From: Hormoscilla sp.
Lineage (GTDB): Bacteria; Cyanobacteriota; Cyanobacteriia; Cyanobacteriales; Desertifilaceae
NCBI GenBank assembly: GCA_051439505.1
Contig: JBFRWI010000227.1
Location: 1 to 51,028, forward strand
Reading direction: 5' to 3'
Length of the DNA stretch: 51,028 nucleotides
The position numbers and the translations under genes were made by a program. Shown here piece by piece: positions 21,675 to 31,768 of the stretch. Within the stretch, counting starts at the first letter, position 1; every line of letters begins with the position of its first letter. Under the pieces are notes generated by a model. It had not been told where the DNA came from, did not search any database, and saw nothing but the letters and a program-made list of their open reading frames with translations.

Positions 21675-22283
21675 ATGGTTACTTTTCCTGACACTGAAAC
21701 TAATATAGCTGCTCTCGCCGAACAGATGATCGATGATTTGAATGCTCACAGTGAGGTCTATCCTACCCCAGTCATACCCATTCCCGAGTTAGAGGACAGT
21801 CTCAATCAATACAAATATGCCCAAACTCGGGTGATGACTGCTCAAACTCAAGCTCAACAGGCGATCGCGGACAAGCAACAAGCATTACAAGAATTAATTG
21901 ATAAGATGAAGAGCAATCTCCGTTATGCTGAATCTGTGACCAAGCGCAGCGAAGATAAACTGAAACTACTTAGTTGGGGCCGACTTTTACCCAAGAATAC
22001 TCTAGAAGTTCCCGGAATAATTCGCGATTTAGAAATTAGTCGGACAGAACCCGGTACAGTAGTTCTCCATTGGCAAAAACCTATCAATGGCGGCAAAGTA
22101 TCTGCTTATAAAGTGCAGCGGTTTGAGGAAAACAAAGGTGTCTGGACCACTGTGGCGATCGAGACCCATACCGAAGCTTTGTTATTATGTCAACAAGTAG
22201 GGAAACCCTTAATTTATCGAGTCATGGCCATCAATAGCGCTGGCGAGGGAACTCCCAGTAATACTGTGGAAGTAGTTTTATAA
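21675..22283 (+). CDS. Helical N-terminal domain plus C-terminal fibronectin type III domain protein
   Basis: LHWQKPINGGKVSAYKVQR..YRVMAINSAGEGTPSN Fn3 signature; no signal peptide. Confidence 0.8.
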   Translation: MVTFPDTETNIAALAEQMIDDLNAHSEVYPTPVIPIPELEDSLNQYKYAQTRVMTAQTQAQQAIADKQQALQELIDKMKSNLRYAESVTKRSEDKLKLLSWGRLLPKNTLEVPGIIRDLEISRTEPGTVVLHWQKPINGGKVSAYKVQRFEENKGVWTTVAIETHTEALLLCQQVGKPLIYRVMAINSAGEGTPSNTVEVVL

Positions 22284-22297
22284 TGGCCCGATCGCAC

Positions 22298-22368
22298 CGT
22301 TCGTAGTAAGCACTTTACGTAGTAAGCACTTTAGTGCTGGCGTTCGTAGTAAGCACGAAGCGTGCTTC
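22298..22368. repeat. REP cluster (CGTAGTAAGCAC three times)
   Basis: Same family as 17119 and 18791. Confidence 0.65.
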
Positions 22369-22645
22369 TCCATTTGCGATCGGCCCAGAAACCCAGTTTT
22401 GTAGGATAAACCTGGTTTCTGCGTTACCAGTGAATATACCCGCTGCAAAAGAGAGATACACCCTAATCTCTTGACTATTTGTAATTTTTAGTATAATTAA
22501 ATACATTTATTAGGCTTTCACTAACAAGTATTGGTAATGACATAAGACATGATGTAGTATAGTTTTTTATTTATTAACGTTCGCAAGCTCAACTGCTGTT
22601 AAAATGAATTCTGTAGGACGAAGGACATAAGTCAAGCAGGTAAAC

Positions 22646-24151
22646 ATGCAGTTAGCACAACGTCAACGGACCGCAGATGCCTTGGCAACATTTCTGAATA
22701 CTCCCCTAGAGGCGCAGTTGTTAAGATGTCAGAGTCAGTCTCCAGAAACTGCCGTGCTGGAATTATTTCATCGGGTGGCGGCCTCAGTTCCAGCTTACCA
22801 GAAGTTTCTACAGTCGGCGGGTATCAATCCTGATAAGATCAAAACTTTTGCCGATTTCCAAAAGCTGCCCCTGGTAACTAAACAAAATTACCATTTCCGT
22901 TATTCTCTCGGGGAGTTGACTTGCAACGGACAGTTGTCCAGTTGCGATCTAATTGCCGTTTCCTCCGGGTCCACCGGTCAGCCGACGTTTTGGCCGCGCT
23001 TTATGACGGACGAATTGGCAATAGCTACCAGGTTTGAACAGATCTTCCACGATAGCTTCTCTGCCGATACCCGTTCGACTTTAGCAGTGGTTTGCTTTAC
23101 CTTGGGGACTTGGGTAGGGGGAATGTTTACCACTAACTGCTGTCGCTATCTCGCCAGTAAGGGCTATCCAATAACTTTAGTTACTCCTGGCAATAATAAA
23201 ACGGAAATTTTGCGCGTCATCCCCAAGTTGGCCCCCAATTTTGAGCAAGTGGTGCTGTTGGGATATCCCCCTTTCCTGAAAGATGTCATCGATACTGGGA
23301 TTGCCCAGGGTATAGAGTGGAGAAAGTATGGGATAAAGTTAGTAACGGCGGGGGAAGTCTTTAGCGAGTCATGGCGCAGTTTGGTGCTCGATCGGGTGGG
23401 GAGTGCCAACCCCTGTTACGATAGCGCTTCTCTCTACGGTACCGCCGATGCCGGGGTTTTGGGCAACGAGACGCCCCTGACTATTTGCATTCGCCAGTTT
23501 TTGGCCGATCGCCCTTCTGCGGCCTTAGAATTGTTTGGAGAATCTCGCTTGCCGACATTAGTACAATACGATCCCCTGAGTCGCTTTTTCGAGACCGTAG
23601 ATGGTACTTTAGTCTTTTCTGGAGACAACGGCATCCCCCTACTGCGCTATCACATTGGCGATCGGGGAGGGATAATTGAGTACGATGCCATGCTAGAGTT
23701 TCTCAAAAAATGGGAGTTCGATCCCATAAGTTTATTACAGTCCCAGGGTACCAGAGGAATGCATCGATTACCTTTTGTCTATGTCTTCGGTCGTTCTCAC
23801 GAAGCGGTTTCTTATTTCGGTGCTAATATTTATCCGGAAAATGTTATGGTGGGGTTAGAGCAACCAGAAATTAGAGACTGGGTGACGGGTAAGTTCGTCA
23901 TGCAGGTCAAAACAGATGCTTCAGAAAATTCGGTTCTGGATCTGGTGGTGGAGTTGGCCCTGGGAGTAGAAGGAAACCCGGCCAAAGAAAGGGCGATCGC
24001 CTCGGAGGTGAAAACTCAGTTACGGCGCTTGAACAGCGAGTTTGCCAACTACGTTCCCCCATCATACCAAACTCCCCAGGTCAGACTGGCCCCGACGGGC
24101 GATCGGGAATACTTTCCGGTCGGCGTCAAGCATCGCTATACTAAACTATAA
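22646..24151 (+). CDS. Phenylacetate-CoA ligase / coenzyme F390 synthetase-like adenylating enzyme
   Basis: SSGSTG loop, AGEVF, SLYGTAD, PLLRYHIGD, FGRS. Confidence 0.88.
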   Translation: MQLAQRQRTADALATFLNTPLEAQLLRCQSQSPETAVLELFHRVAASVPAYQKFLQSAGINPDKIKTFADFQKLPLVTKQNYHFRYSLGELTCNGQLSSCDLIAVSSGSTGQPTFWPRFMTDELAIATRFEQIFHDSFSADTRSTLAVVCFTLGTWVGGMFTTNCCRYLASKGYPITLVTPGNNKTEILRVIPKLAPNFEQVVLLGYPPFLKDVIDTGIAQGIEWRKYGIKLVTAGEVFSESWRSLVLDRVGSANPCYDSASLYGTADAGVLGNETPLTICIRQFLADRPSAALELFGESRLPTLVQYDPLSRFFETVDGTLVFSGDNGIPLLRYHIGDRGGIIEYDAMLEFLKKWEFDPISLLQSQGTRGMHRLPFVYVFGRSHEAVSYFGANIYPENVMVGLEQPEIRDWVTGKFVMQVKTDASENSVLDLVVELALGVEGNPAKERAIASEVKTQLRRLNSEFANYVPPSYQTPQVRLAPTGDREYFPVGVKHRYTKL

Positions 24152-24252
24152 TTTCAATTTTTAATTGGCCATTTTCAAATCTCACGCCTGTATTTGCGAG
24201 ATTTGAAGTAGCGCAGCATGTAGCAGGCGACGCCGAAGCACTCTGATGGGCA

Positions 24253-24308
24253 AATTGGCAATTCTCAATTAGCAATTCTCAATTGGCAATTCTCAATTGG
24301 CAATTCTC
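24253..24308. repeat. 14-bp STRR, four copies of AATT(G/A)GCAATTCTC
   Basis: Direct tandem copies. Confidence 0.85.
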
Positions 24309-24548
24309 ACGCCAGAGTTCAGTATCATTCCCTGCGCAACGCCGAAATTCTCACTCAGCCATGGGATCCCAATCACCGGCAGAATAATTGTAATCGCGAT
24401 CACTGCCAAGAGTAAGGGTTTGTCACGAGACCAACTATCTGTCATCACTTTGGGGGCTGATAAATTTCACAAGCGGCAGGTGGGGTCAGTCACCCAGGAT
24501 TACAGAGAAAAAGGGGATAGTGAAAATGTAAAGTTCAAGCGCGCAAAC

Positions 24549-24809
24549 ATGTTATTTCAAACCTCACTGTTATCCGATACCATCTCTGAAATATTCGGTT
24601 CTATTGGCGAAACTGGTGTTCTGAAGCTATCTGAGTACGATCGGCTGACAAAAGCCATTTGGAGTGACGCCCTCAACGAAATCGAGCGCAAATCTGTCAA
24701 AAGACTGTTGCATTTTGTGCGTAAAGGACGCATCAAAATAATCGATGATATTTCTGACAGTTTTAATTCACCGCTTCCTGCCAACGTGCAAAATATTTTC
24801 GGACTGTAA
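24549..24809 (+). CDS. Small conserved cyanobacterial hypothetical protein
   Basis: ISEIF..L..IERKSVKRLLHFVRKGRIKIID pattern; the longer upstream ORF extension runs through repeats. Confidence 0.65.
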   Translation: MLFQTSLLSDTISEIFGSIGETGVLKLSEYDRLTKAIWSDALNEIERKSVKRLLHFVRKGRIKIIDDISDSFNSPLPANVQNIFGL

Positions 24810-25033
24810 ATAGCTGAAAACACCGCCCTGTAGGACTCGATCCTGTCAATATAGCTATATCTTAAGTAGGACTTTCTCCGTCGGAAGCAGTCACGAGGTA
24901 GCCGCCGACTGTATACGAGCATCTGATAACATTTATAGACATTTGCTCGACGCCGAATTTTGAATTACATCTGAAGCAAGGTAGAACTCCATAAGTAATG
25001 ATGAGAGCAAAATGCAACATTGATATGACAGAT

Positions 25034-25135
25034 TGGCGTTGCACAACAACACCGATGATTCCGGTTGCGGGCTTGCTAATTCACTTCGTATAAGCAATTA
25101 GCAGACCTCATCATCGGTGTCGTTGTGCAACGCCA
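25034..25135. repeat. Long inverted repeat / TGGCGTTGCA-type MITE-like element
   Basis: 25-bp arms TGGCGTTGCACAACAACACCGATGA / TCATCGGTGTCGTTGTGCAACGCCA (1 mismatch); second hairpin at 25137-25192. Confidence 0.7.
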
Positions 25136-25229
25136 GATATTTTTCCTCTTTGCAATTAGCAAGCCCGCAATTAGCACAAAGGGAAAATATATCAAGCATC
25201 AGACCCTATATGTGCAACGCAAAATTATC

Positions 25230-25613
25230 TTACATGATGGGACTGCCATGATGATGGATTAAATACCATTTTCCACCCATCAGTTCAAAGATATTGGTGG
25301 CCTGAGACTGGGCTTTCAGCCTGCGATCGCCACTAATCTGAAGGACGTTTTCTGTCAGCACCACATAGGCGATATTGCCACTCACCTCTGTGGAGATCGT
25401 GTCGGTATCAATTTCCAGATATTTAGTCGCCCTGAATATCTTCTCCCAGGAGTCGCGAATTGCGTCCCAACCCCGCAGGGCCTTACGTCCGGGGTGGATG
25501 CAGAGACTGCCAGTACCTTGGGACCAGACAGCACTCATGGCCTCGGAGTCTTTTTTCTCGAAGGCGCGATAAAAAGCTTGATTAACCGCTAATACTTCTT
25601 GTTCGTCAGTCAT
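25230..25613 (-). CDS. NTF2/SnoaL-like protein
   Basis: NQAFYRAF, CIHPG..LRGW..IRDSW, ATNIF..WYLIHHHGSP. Confidence 0.88.
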   Translation of the reverse strand: MTDEQEVLAVNQAFYRAFEKKDSEAMSAVWSQGTGSLCIHPGRKALRGWDAIRDSWEKIFRATKYLEIDTDTISTEVSGNIAYVVLTENVLQISGDRRLKAQSQATNIFELMGGKWYLIHHHGSPIM

Positions 25614-26121
25614 CGGTACGATAATTATCTGCTGTTGGATGGGTGTCTATCTTATGGTTAGCTGTCAGCTTTTGGTCTGGTTTTGGTTTTTGAACTTTCA
25701 ATCCCGCTTTGAGTTTATATCGCACTGTGGCATAAACTACCTTATAGGAGACATCTAGTCCGTACTCGGACTGCAACCAGGTTTGGATTTCGCCATAGCT
25801 ATTGAAGCTATTCGGGTCTTGCAGTCGCTTTTGCAATCCTGCCATCGCTTCAGAAGGAATCACCGGTTTACGACCGCCGCCGTGCTTTACCTTCAGCAGT
25901 CCTGCAAGTCCCTCGGTGCGGTAGGTGTGCAACCAGCGCTGCACCGTGATTCGGTTTCTACCTAGGGTGACGGCTAGATCCTTGACTGTCTTTACTTGAC
26001 CGATTTTGAACAGATACAGGGCCTGCACCTTTTGAAAGTTACTGGCGGATTTTTGCTCTTGTAACAGGCTTTTGAGTTCTTCACTCGTCTCGGTAATCTC
26101 TAGTTTGCAAACTCCTGTCAT
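25606..26121 (-). CDS. Helix-turn-helix protein homologous to the IS630 transposase N-terminus; no DDE domain
   Basis: LGRNRITVQRWL.Y..EGL.GLL, FNSYGEIQTWL, VRYKLKAGLKV. Confidence 0.75.
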   Translation of the reverse strand: MTGVCKLEITETSEELKSLLQEQKSASNFQKVQALYLFKIGQVKTVKDLAVTLGRNRITVQRWLHTYRTEGLAGLLKVKHGGGRKPVIPSEAMAGLQKRLQDPNSFNSYGEIQTWLQSEYGLDVSYKVVYATVRYKLKAGLKVQKPKPDQKLTANHKIDTHPTADNYRTDD

Positions 26122-26254
26122 ATTTCTCACTACAGAATGGGTTAGCATATCTGTAGCCTAGCAAAATATAAGGACTTGGGGAAGAACCTATTCGCCATCA
26201 CGTCATCTGCCGTTATCCACTGGCACTTTCAGAGCAGGGCCTCATCCCAGTTGT

Positions 26255-26689
26255 TTAATCCGTTTGGGCAAATAAGTCAAGGGGAAGGTGGCCGTATGTG
26301 CCGTTGAGTTCCTCGGACTCGGAAGATTGACAGGATACCAGGACGCCGCGATACTTGCCCGTGTAGTCATCCAGATAATAGGACATTTTCTGGGAGTTAA
26401 ACTTGAGATAAACTGGATTTGAGTGGGATGGCCTTTCCCCAGGTGGCATTTTATAGCCTAAAGCCTCTAAATAGCTTGCCAAAGCGTCAAAAGCTTGGGC
26501 AGGATTATCGGCGCAAATCCCTAAATTCTGGGAATCGGAAAGATTGACAATTAGCAGTAGGGCTTCGCGCAGCCTGGTTTTTTCGGCCTCCGAGTCCACA
26601 GACTTAGTTTCAGTGCAGCTAAACAGTTTCAGGAGTTTGAGTGCTGCTGCTACAGTAGCTTCAGTGAGCTGATTTTGGTTTTGATGCAT
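26255..26689 (-). CDS. DUF1824 family protein
   Basis: NLGICAD, VYLKFN, Y.GKYRGVLVSCQS, GTYGHLPLDLF. Confidence 0.85.
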   Translation of the reverse strand: MHQNQNQLTEATVAAALKLLKLFSCTETKSVDSEAEKTRLREALLLIVNLSDSQNLGICADNPAQAFDALASYLEALGYKMPPGERPSHSNPVYLKFNSQKMSYYLDDYTGKYRGVLVSCQSSESEELNGTYGHLPLDLFAQTD

Positions 26690-26694
26690 TATAC

Positions 26695-28992
26695 TTAAGA
26701 AGTTACCCCTTCCAGTTGACTACTAGATAGCTGTTTACGATTATCTATCGCCACCTGATCGTTCGGTTTCAGGGATATCGCCCTTTGATAGGATGCGATC
26801 GCCTGGTCATGTTCTTGCAAGTTTTGCAGGGCCCAACCCCTGTTATTCCAGATATGAGCCGAATTTGGCTGTAAGCCGATCGCCCGGTCGTAGGAAGTCA
26901 CTGCCTCTGCATACCGCTGCAAATATGATAGAGCCAAGCCGCGATTATGCCAAGCCTCTGCATAGTCCGGGTCGAACTCGATGGCCTTATCGCAAGCATA
27001 GAACGCCTCCCAGTAGCGCTGCAACCTGCCCAGAGTCAAACCTTTGTTATTCCAGGCTACTGCATAGTCAGGCTTAGATTGTAGCGCCCGTTCATAGGAT
27101 CCGATCGCCTCTTCATGGCGCCCCAACCTATCCAGGGCCACTCCTCTGCTATTCCACCCTTGATAATAGTCTGGGGAGATCTCTACCGCCCGATCGCACG
27201 ATGATAGGGCCTCTGAGTAGCGTCCCATGGCCAAAAGCATTTCCCCGCGATTATTCCACGCCCGATAATTTTCCGGCTGCAATGCTATTGTCCGGTCATA
27301 AGATGCGATCGCCTCTTCATAGCGATGCAGTTTCCCTTGGGCCACCCCGCGATTATACCATGCTTGATGATAATCCGGCTTATATTCGGTAGCCCGTTCG
27401 TAAGACTTCACCTCTTCGGCATAGCGTGCCAACTTTCCTAAGGCCAAACCCCGACTATACCAGGCTTCATAATAATCCCCTTTATATCCTACCGCTGAAT
27501 CAAAACACTTTACCGCCTCTGCATATCTTTCGTAGTAATACAGTACCAAGCCCCGATTGTACCATGCCTCATAGTAATCCTGCTGCAATTCGATCGCCCT
27601 TTCAAAGCCTTCCAGTACCTCATCTGCTGGGCGTCCCAACTTAAACAGGGCCAAACCGCGATTATTCCACGCTACTGGGAAATTATCCGAGATCGCCAAG
27701 GTCCGATCGTAACATTTTAGCGCCTCTTCATAGCGCTGCCTTTTATCTAGAATCACCCCCCGATTATTCCACGCCTCGTGATAGTCCGGTTTCAATTCTA
27801 GCACCCGATCGAATGATGCTAGCGCCTCTTCATAGCGTTCCCCCCTGCCCAGGGCCACTCCCCGATTATTCCACGCTTGATAGTAATCTGGCTTAATCTC
27901 TACTGCCCGGTCATAAGAGGACACCGCTTCCCCGTAGCGTTCCAATTTCCGCAGGGCCACTCCCCGATTATTCCATGCTTGTTGATAATCTGGCTTCAGA
28001 TGCAATGCCCGATCGTAAGATGATAGCCCCTCTGCTTGACGTTGCATATTTTCCAGGGCCAATCCTCGATTATTCCACGCTTCTGCCAATTCTGGTGCTG
28101 TTGCTATTGCCTGATTGTAAAATATCACTGCATCTGCATACCGTCGATCGTCAAACATTGCATTTCCACGCTGCAACTTTTGTTTTGCTTCCGTTCCCTT
28201 GCCCCTCGAAACTCTAGCACTCAACAGACCACCCACTGACAACAAAGTCCCCGCCACCAAACCCGCCACTACATCTCCTGAATATCCGGGTAATTTCACA
28301 GGACTTTCCACAAATGCCGGGGATATTGCCGCCTGGTTTTGCCCGTCACCATTAACCGGAACTCCCCACTGCAAATCTCTTTGGGCCACATTTGACCCTT
28401 GCTTACTTTCGGGAAGTACGTGACTCTTATGTACGGCGATCGCCCTACCCGCAGCATCCACTACCGGTCCTCCCATCATTGCTTCCGTCGCCGCGCTCTG
28501 ATAAGATATACCCGAGCCTCCCCATCCCGCTCTCTTTCTATTAGATATCACGTCTCCTGGCACCAATACCACGCCCCCCGTTCGTTCGGTAAAACCGGTA
28601 ATATATATCGACTCTCCCCGCTGTACGCTATTTGCATTTCCCAGCTGGACTGGGGGATAGGGGCAACTTTTCCCCTGGGGTGCAAAAGTCACCGTTGCCA
28701 TGTCCTGGTCCGGGAACCATTGGATCTGGCCTGCTTGCCAAACCTTCCCATCTGGAGTTTGTAGCTGCAATGTTTCGCTCCCCTTCACCACCTGACTTGC
28801 CGTCATCACCGTACATACATCCTCGGCACCTGGTATCAAAAATCCCGTTCCATGTCCCGACCGATCTGCATAGTCTATTAATACTATGCTTTTCTGTACT
28901 TCCCGAGCTATTTCCGTCTGTGACCTTGGTTCGCCACAGCCTACCAATAACAAAGTCATGCAACCCGAAGCTATTAACCAGCGGCTATACAT
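26695..28992 (-). CDS. Lipoprotein with trypsin-like domain (catalytic residues lost), TM helix and about 14 TPRs
   Basis: Lipobox LVGC; GHGTGF, TASQVV, AMMGGPV; hydrophobic VVAGLVAGTLLSVGGLL; repeated AWNNRG; start position uncertain. Confidence 0.8.
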   Translation of the reverse strand: MYSRWLIASGCMTLLLVGCGEPRSQTEIAREVQKSIVLIDYADRSGHGTGFLIPGAEDVCTVMTASQVVKGSETLQLQTPDGKVWQAGQIQWFPDQDMATVTFAPQGKSCPYPPVQLGNANSVQRGESIYITGFTERTGGVVLVPGDVISNRKRAGWGGSGISYQSAATEAMMGGPVVDAAGRAIAVHKSHVLPESKQGSNVAQRDLQWGVPVNGDGQNQAAISPAFVESPVKLPGYSGDVVAGLVAGTLLSVGGLLSARVSRGKGTEAKQKLQRGNAMFDDRRYADAVIFYNQAIATAPELAEAWNNRGLALENMQRQAEGLSSYDRALHLKPDYQQAWNNRGVALRKLERYGEAVSSYDRAVEIKPDYYQAWNNRGVALGRGERYEEALASFDRVLELKPDYHEAWNNRGVILDKRQRYEEALKCYDRTLAISDNFPVAWNNRGLALFKLGRPADEVLEGFERAIELQQDYYEAWYNRGLVLYYYERYAEAVKCFDSAVGYKGDYYEAWYSRGLALGKLARYAEEVKSYERATEYKPDYHQAWYNRGVAQGKLHRYEEAIASYDRTIALQPENYRAWNNRGEMLLAMGRYSEALSSCDRAVEISPDYYQGWNSRGVALDRLGRHEEAIGSYERALQSKPDYAVAWNNKGLTLGRLQRYWEAFYACDKAIEFDPDYAEAWHNRGLALSYLQRYAEAVTSYDRAIGLQPNSAHIWNNRGWALQNLQEHDQAIASYQRAISLKPNDQVAIDNRKQLSSSQLEGVTS

Positions 28993-29179
28993 AATTTTCG
29001 CCCCATACAACAGTACGTTTTTCATTTTACTATCCACCCCGTCCGACCCGCTCATGTAAAGTTTTGTTACCAAATGCTCTTCAGCCTAGATAATATATTA
29101 ATATTAGTAGGTCTACTTTGGAGTTGTCAAGCATGACTGTAGCGCCACCCCTTTTAGAGCAGCTATACCCCACCCCTTC

Positions 29180-29605
29180 TTGAGGGGTAAACCCCCCAGC
29201 AACGATAAGCTGGAGAGCGCATTGCTAGAGTCGGTGATGCAAAAGGCCGCCGACAGCCGGGAAGTCCAGCAACGGTACTTCGAGAAATACGGTTCTACCA
29301 TCGTCGCAGCGGCTCGCACCATTGCTAAGGTATACCAAAGTGGCGGACGACTGCTAACAATGGGCAACGGTGGCTCTTGCTCGGACGCGGCCCACATTGC
29401 CGTTGAGTTCATCCATCCCATCACCGTGGGACGCCCCTCTCTGGAGGCGATCGACCTCACTGCCAATACTACCACAATCACGGCAGTTAGCAACGACTTT
29501 GGCTTGGAAAATATTTTCGTGCGTCAGTTGCAGGTAAGCGGGAGTTTTTCTATCGCAACCACCCGGAAGCACCAGGAAACTGGCTTTTCGGTCCCCTGTA
29601 AATAA
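29180..29605 (+). pseudogene. Truncated GmhA/DiaA-like SIS protein
   Basis: MGNGGSCSDAAHIAVEF and TAVSNDFG..IFVRQL, then similarity stops; the STSGNS half is missing. Confidence 0.75.
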
Positions 29606-29610
29606 GCGAA

Positions 29611-29669
29611 AATTGTCAATGGTTAATGGTAAATGGCTATTAGCCATTTACCATTTGCCATTAGCCCAT
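29611..29669. repeat. Inverted heptamer STRR hairpin
   Basis: AATGG(T/C)TA-type heptamers followed by their reverse complements, between convergent ORFs. Confidence 0.65.
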
Positions 29670-30415
29670 TAAAACCAGCCTTCAAGTTCTAACTCTTCAA
29701 TCAATTGTAAGGCACGGGGATCCCCCACTTTCAGCAGGGCGGCCTTGGCGTCTTCCCGGACGCTGAGGTCTTCATCTTCGGCAAAAGCCTCAATCAAACC
29801 ATCGATCGCCCCAGAATAGACTACATTAGAAGGGAGTTCTCTACAGAGTTCCCCCAAGGACCAAGCGCAGTTACTGCGGACAGCGGGAATAGAGTCTCGG
29901 CGCAAAGCTGTAATCAAAGGGGGAACAGCCTTGACTACTTCAGCATAACCTACTTCTGCCATCTGGGCCAGAGCGCTAGCCGCCCAGAGGCGCACCGCCG
30001 AGATCTCAGTTGACAAAGCATCCACCAGGGGTGGCAAAGCACGGCGATCGCGACAGTTCCCCAGGGCCCAAGCCACCCCTTTGCGCACGTAACCATTCCA
30101 ATCATTTTGTAATTGAATAATCAAAGGAGTCACCGCATCGGGGCTAGGGTTGCGACCCAAAGCATAAGCAGCGCTAACACGCACCAAGGGACAGACATCT
30201 GCCAACAGCCCGATCAGGTGAGGAATAGCCCGCGCATCGGTAATTTCACAAAAAGCCCGGGTCGCCAACATCCGCTGTTGGGTGTCTGGTGCTACCAGCA
30301 GAGCCAGCATCTCATCTGGATCCGGTGAGGGTTCCTCTTCAACCGGTTCCATACGATCCAGAGGACTCTCCAGCTCTGTCTGGTCGTCTAGTAGGGATAG
30401 GTCATCATCGTTCAT
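29669..30415 (-). CDS. PBS-lyase HEAT-repeat protein
   Basis: Repeated VRVSAAYALG, VRKGVAWALG, VRLWAASALA. Confidence 0.88.
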   Translation of the reverse strand: MNDDDLSLLDDQTELESPLDRMEPVEEEPSPDPDEMLALLVAPDTQQRMLATRAFCEITDARAIPHLIGLLADVCPLVRVSAAYALGRNPSPDAVTPLIIQLQNDWNGYVRKGVAWALGNCRDRRALPPLVDALSTEISAVRLWAASALAQMAEVGYAEVVKAVPPLITALRRDSIPAVRSNCAWSLGELCRELPSNVVYSGAIDGLIEAFAEDEDLSVREDAKAALLKVGDPRALQLIEELELEGWF

Positions 30416-30748
30416 GATCCCAGTTTAGCAAACTATTGGTGGGGCAGAGTCGATCGCGATCGCCATTCGCTGGGTGGCGATCGTTCAGTCTGGCAGCTCT
30501 GCAGATGCCTTGGCTCAGAACATAGGTGCTGACAACCGGGGAGCTACCCGACATATTCCCAATACGTTTACCTGGAAATTCGCGACATCTCTGGCTGAGG
30601 TGGAGTATTTTTATCCGCTGCTGCCGGTTCGGTTCTTGCCCCAAGGCACAAGCAGCAATGGCGGGGTTGCTGGAGACGGAAAGCCATCTCTGCCCGATGG
30701 GCTGCTGTGCGTTAATGTTTGAGGTCAAAGGTGAACTCGGCTGAGTTG

Positions 30749-31768
30749 TCAGACTTGAGTCGTTTCTACGCCAAACTGTTCGGTCAACAGTTTGTAATAC
30801 ATATTCGTATGATGTTGCCAGAAGAAATCCTCGGGATCTTCTGTATTTTCACCTTGAGTTCCAGGCAAAATGATGGGAGTGCCACAGCCTACATAATCTA
30901 ATGTCGTCAAAATGTTCAGTTTTTCAAGCAATACCAAGATCGTCTGAAGCAATGGGTTGACCCCTAGAGTTCTAAGCTGAAAAGGATTGTAAACAGTCAA
31001 CGGATTCGGAGTACTTAGATCTTTCAAACGCTGGATTGAAAGCGGAACCTGAGGAACCCAATCGTAAGTATTGGTCACTCGAAATCCCAGAGAACTCCGA
31101 CTTGCATAGTCATAGGTAATCCTTTCGTAATCGTAACCATAATAGGTGTCTCCAGGCTTAGGCTGGGCGAAAACATAGGTTTTGTAGCTAATGTTTTCAA
31201 CTCCTGGCAGCGGTTGGTATTGCAAATAGGAACGACATAGTGTGGCTACTGCTGCTCCCTGACTATGGCCGGTAATAAACCATTCATGAGGACCCTCTCC
31301 ACTGGAAGAAAATTTCTGCATCTGAGTCACGATCTCATCAATGATGCTCATCAATCCGGTTGAGAACCCAATATGAACGGTTGCACGAGGATCTGCCGCA
31401 AATTGGTAAGGCTGGCGGATATGCCAATTGCCCTTTTTGTCCGTGGCTGGAATCGCCAAGGCTCGGATATCTTCTACAATGCTGCCTTTTGCACCTGTTG
31501 TCCCACGAACTCCGACAACATAGCGATTGGAGACAGTTTTGTGTTTCCAAATCTCAAAGTAGTTATAGTTGGGAGGTGAGGTTTCGGGCATTCCATAAAC
31601 TTGAGTCCAATTTGGCGGCTTGGGCAATTCTTTGGGCACAGTGTTCGGAGGAATCTTAGGCGCACTTGCTTTGTCGGGATCGCCTAAGACTCGCGTTTCA
31701 TTGAGTATGGCACAAATTTCTAACAGTTCTATTGCTTCTGTTATGTCAAATCCAGGTTGCAGGGTCAT
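30749..31768 (-). CDS. Class 3 lipase-family alpha/beta hydrolase
   Basis: VRGT, VHIGF, ITGHSQGAA nucleophile elbow, DWVPQVP, C-terminal His. Confidence 0.85.
   Translation of the reverse strand: MTLQPGFDITEAIELLEICAILNETRVLGDPDKASAPKIPPNTVPKELPKPPNWTQVYGMPETSPPNYNYFEIWKHKTVSNRYVVGVRGTTGAKGSIVEDIRALAIPATDKKGNWHIRQPYQFAADPRATVHIGFSTGLMSIIDEIVTQMQKFSSSGEGPHEWFITGHSQGAAVATLCRSYLQYQPLPGVENISYKTYVFAQPKPGDTYYGYDYERITYDYASRSSLGFRVTNTYDWVPQVPLSIQRLKDLSTPNPLTVYNPFQLRTLGVNPLLQTILVLLEKLNILTTLDYVGCGTPIILPGTQGENTEDPEDFFWQHHTNMYYKLLTEQFGVETTQV

Noticed and set aside
22575..22640. Glutamine riboswitch or NsiR4-like motif (CGTTC...GACGAAGGAC, GACATAAGTCAA)
   Set aside because: Only short partial matches; the expected stems and terminator are missing
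26695..28200. Near-repeated DNA segments as a DGR template/variable pair
   Set aside because: Explained by 34-aa TPR repeats; there is no reverse transcriptase in the window
30405..30744. Three overlapping short ORFs between the HEAT and lipase genes
   Set aside because: No family motif or clear RBS; cannot be supported
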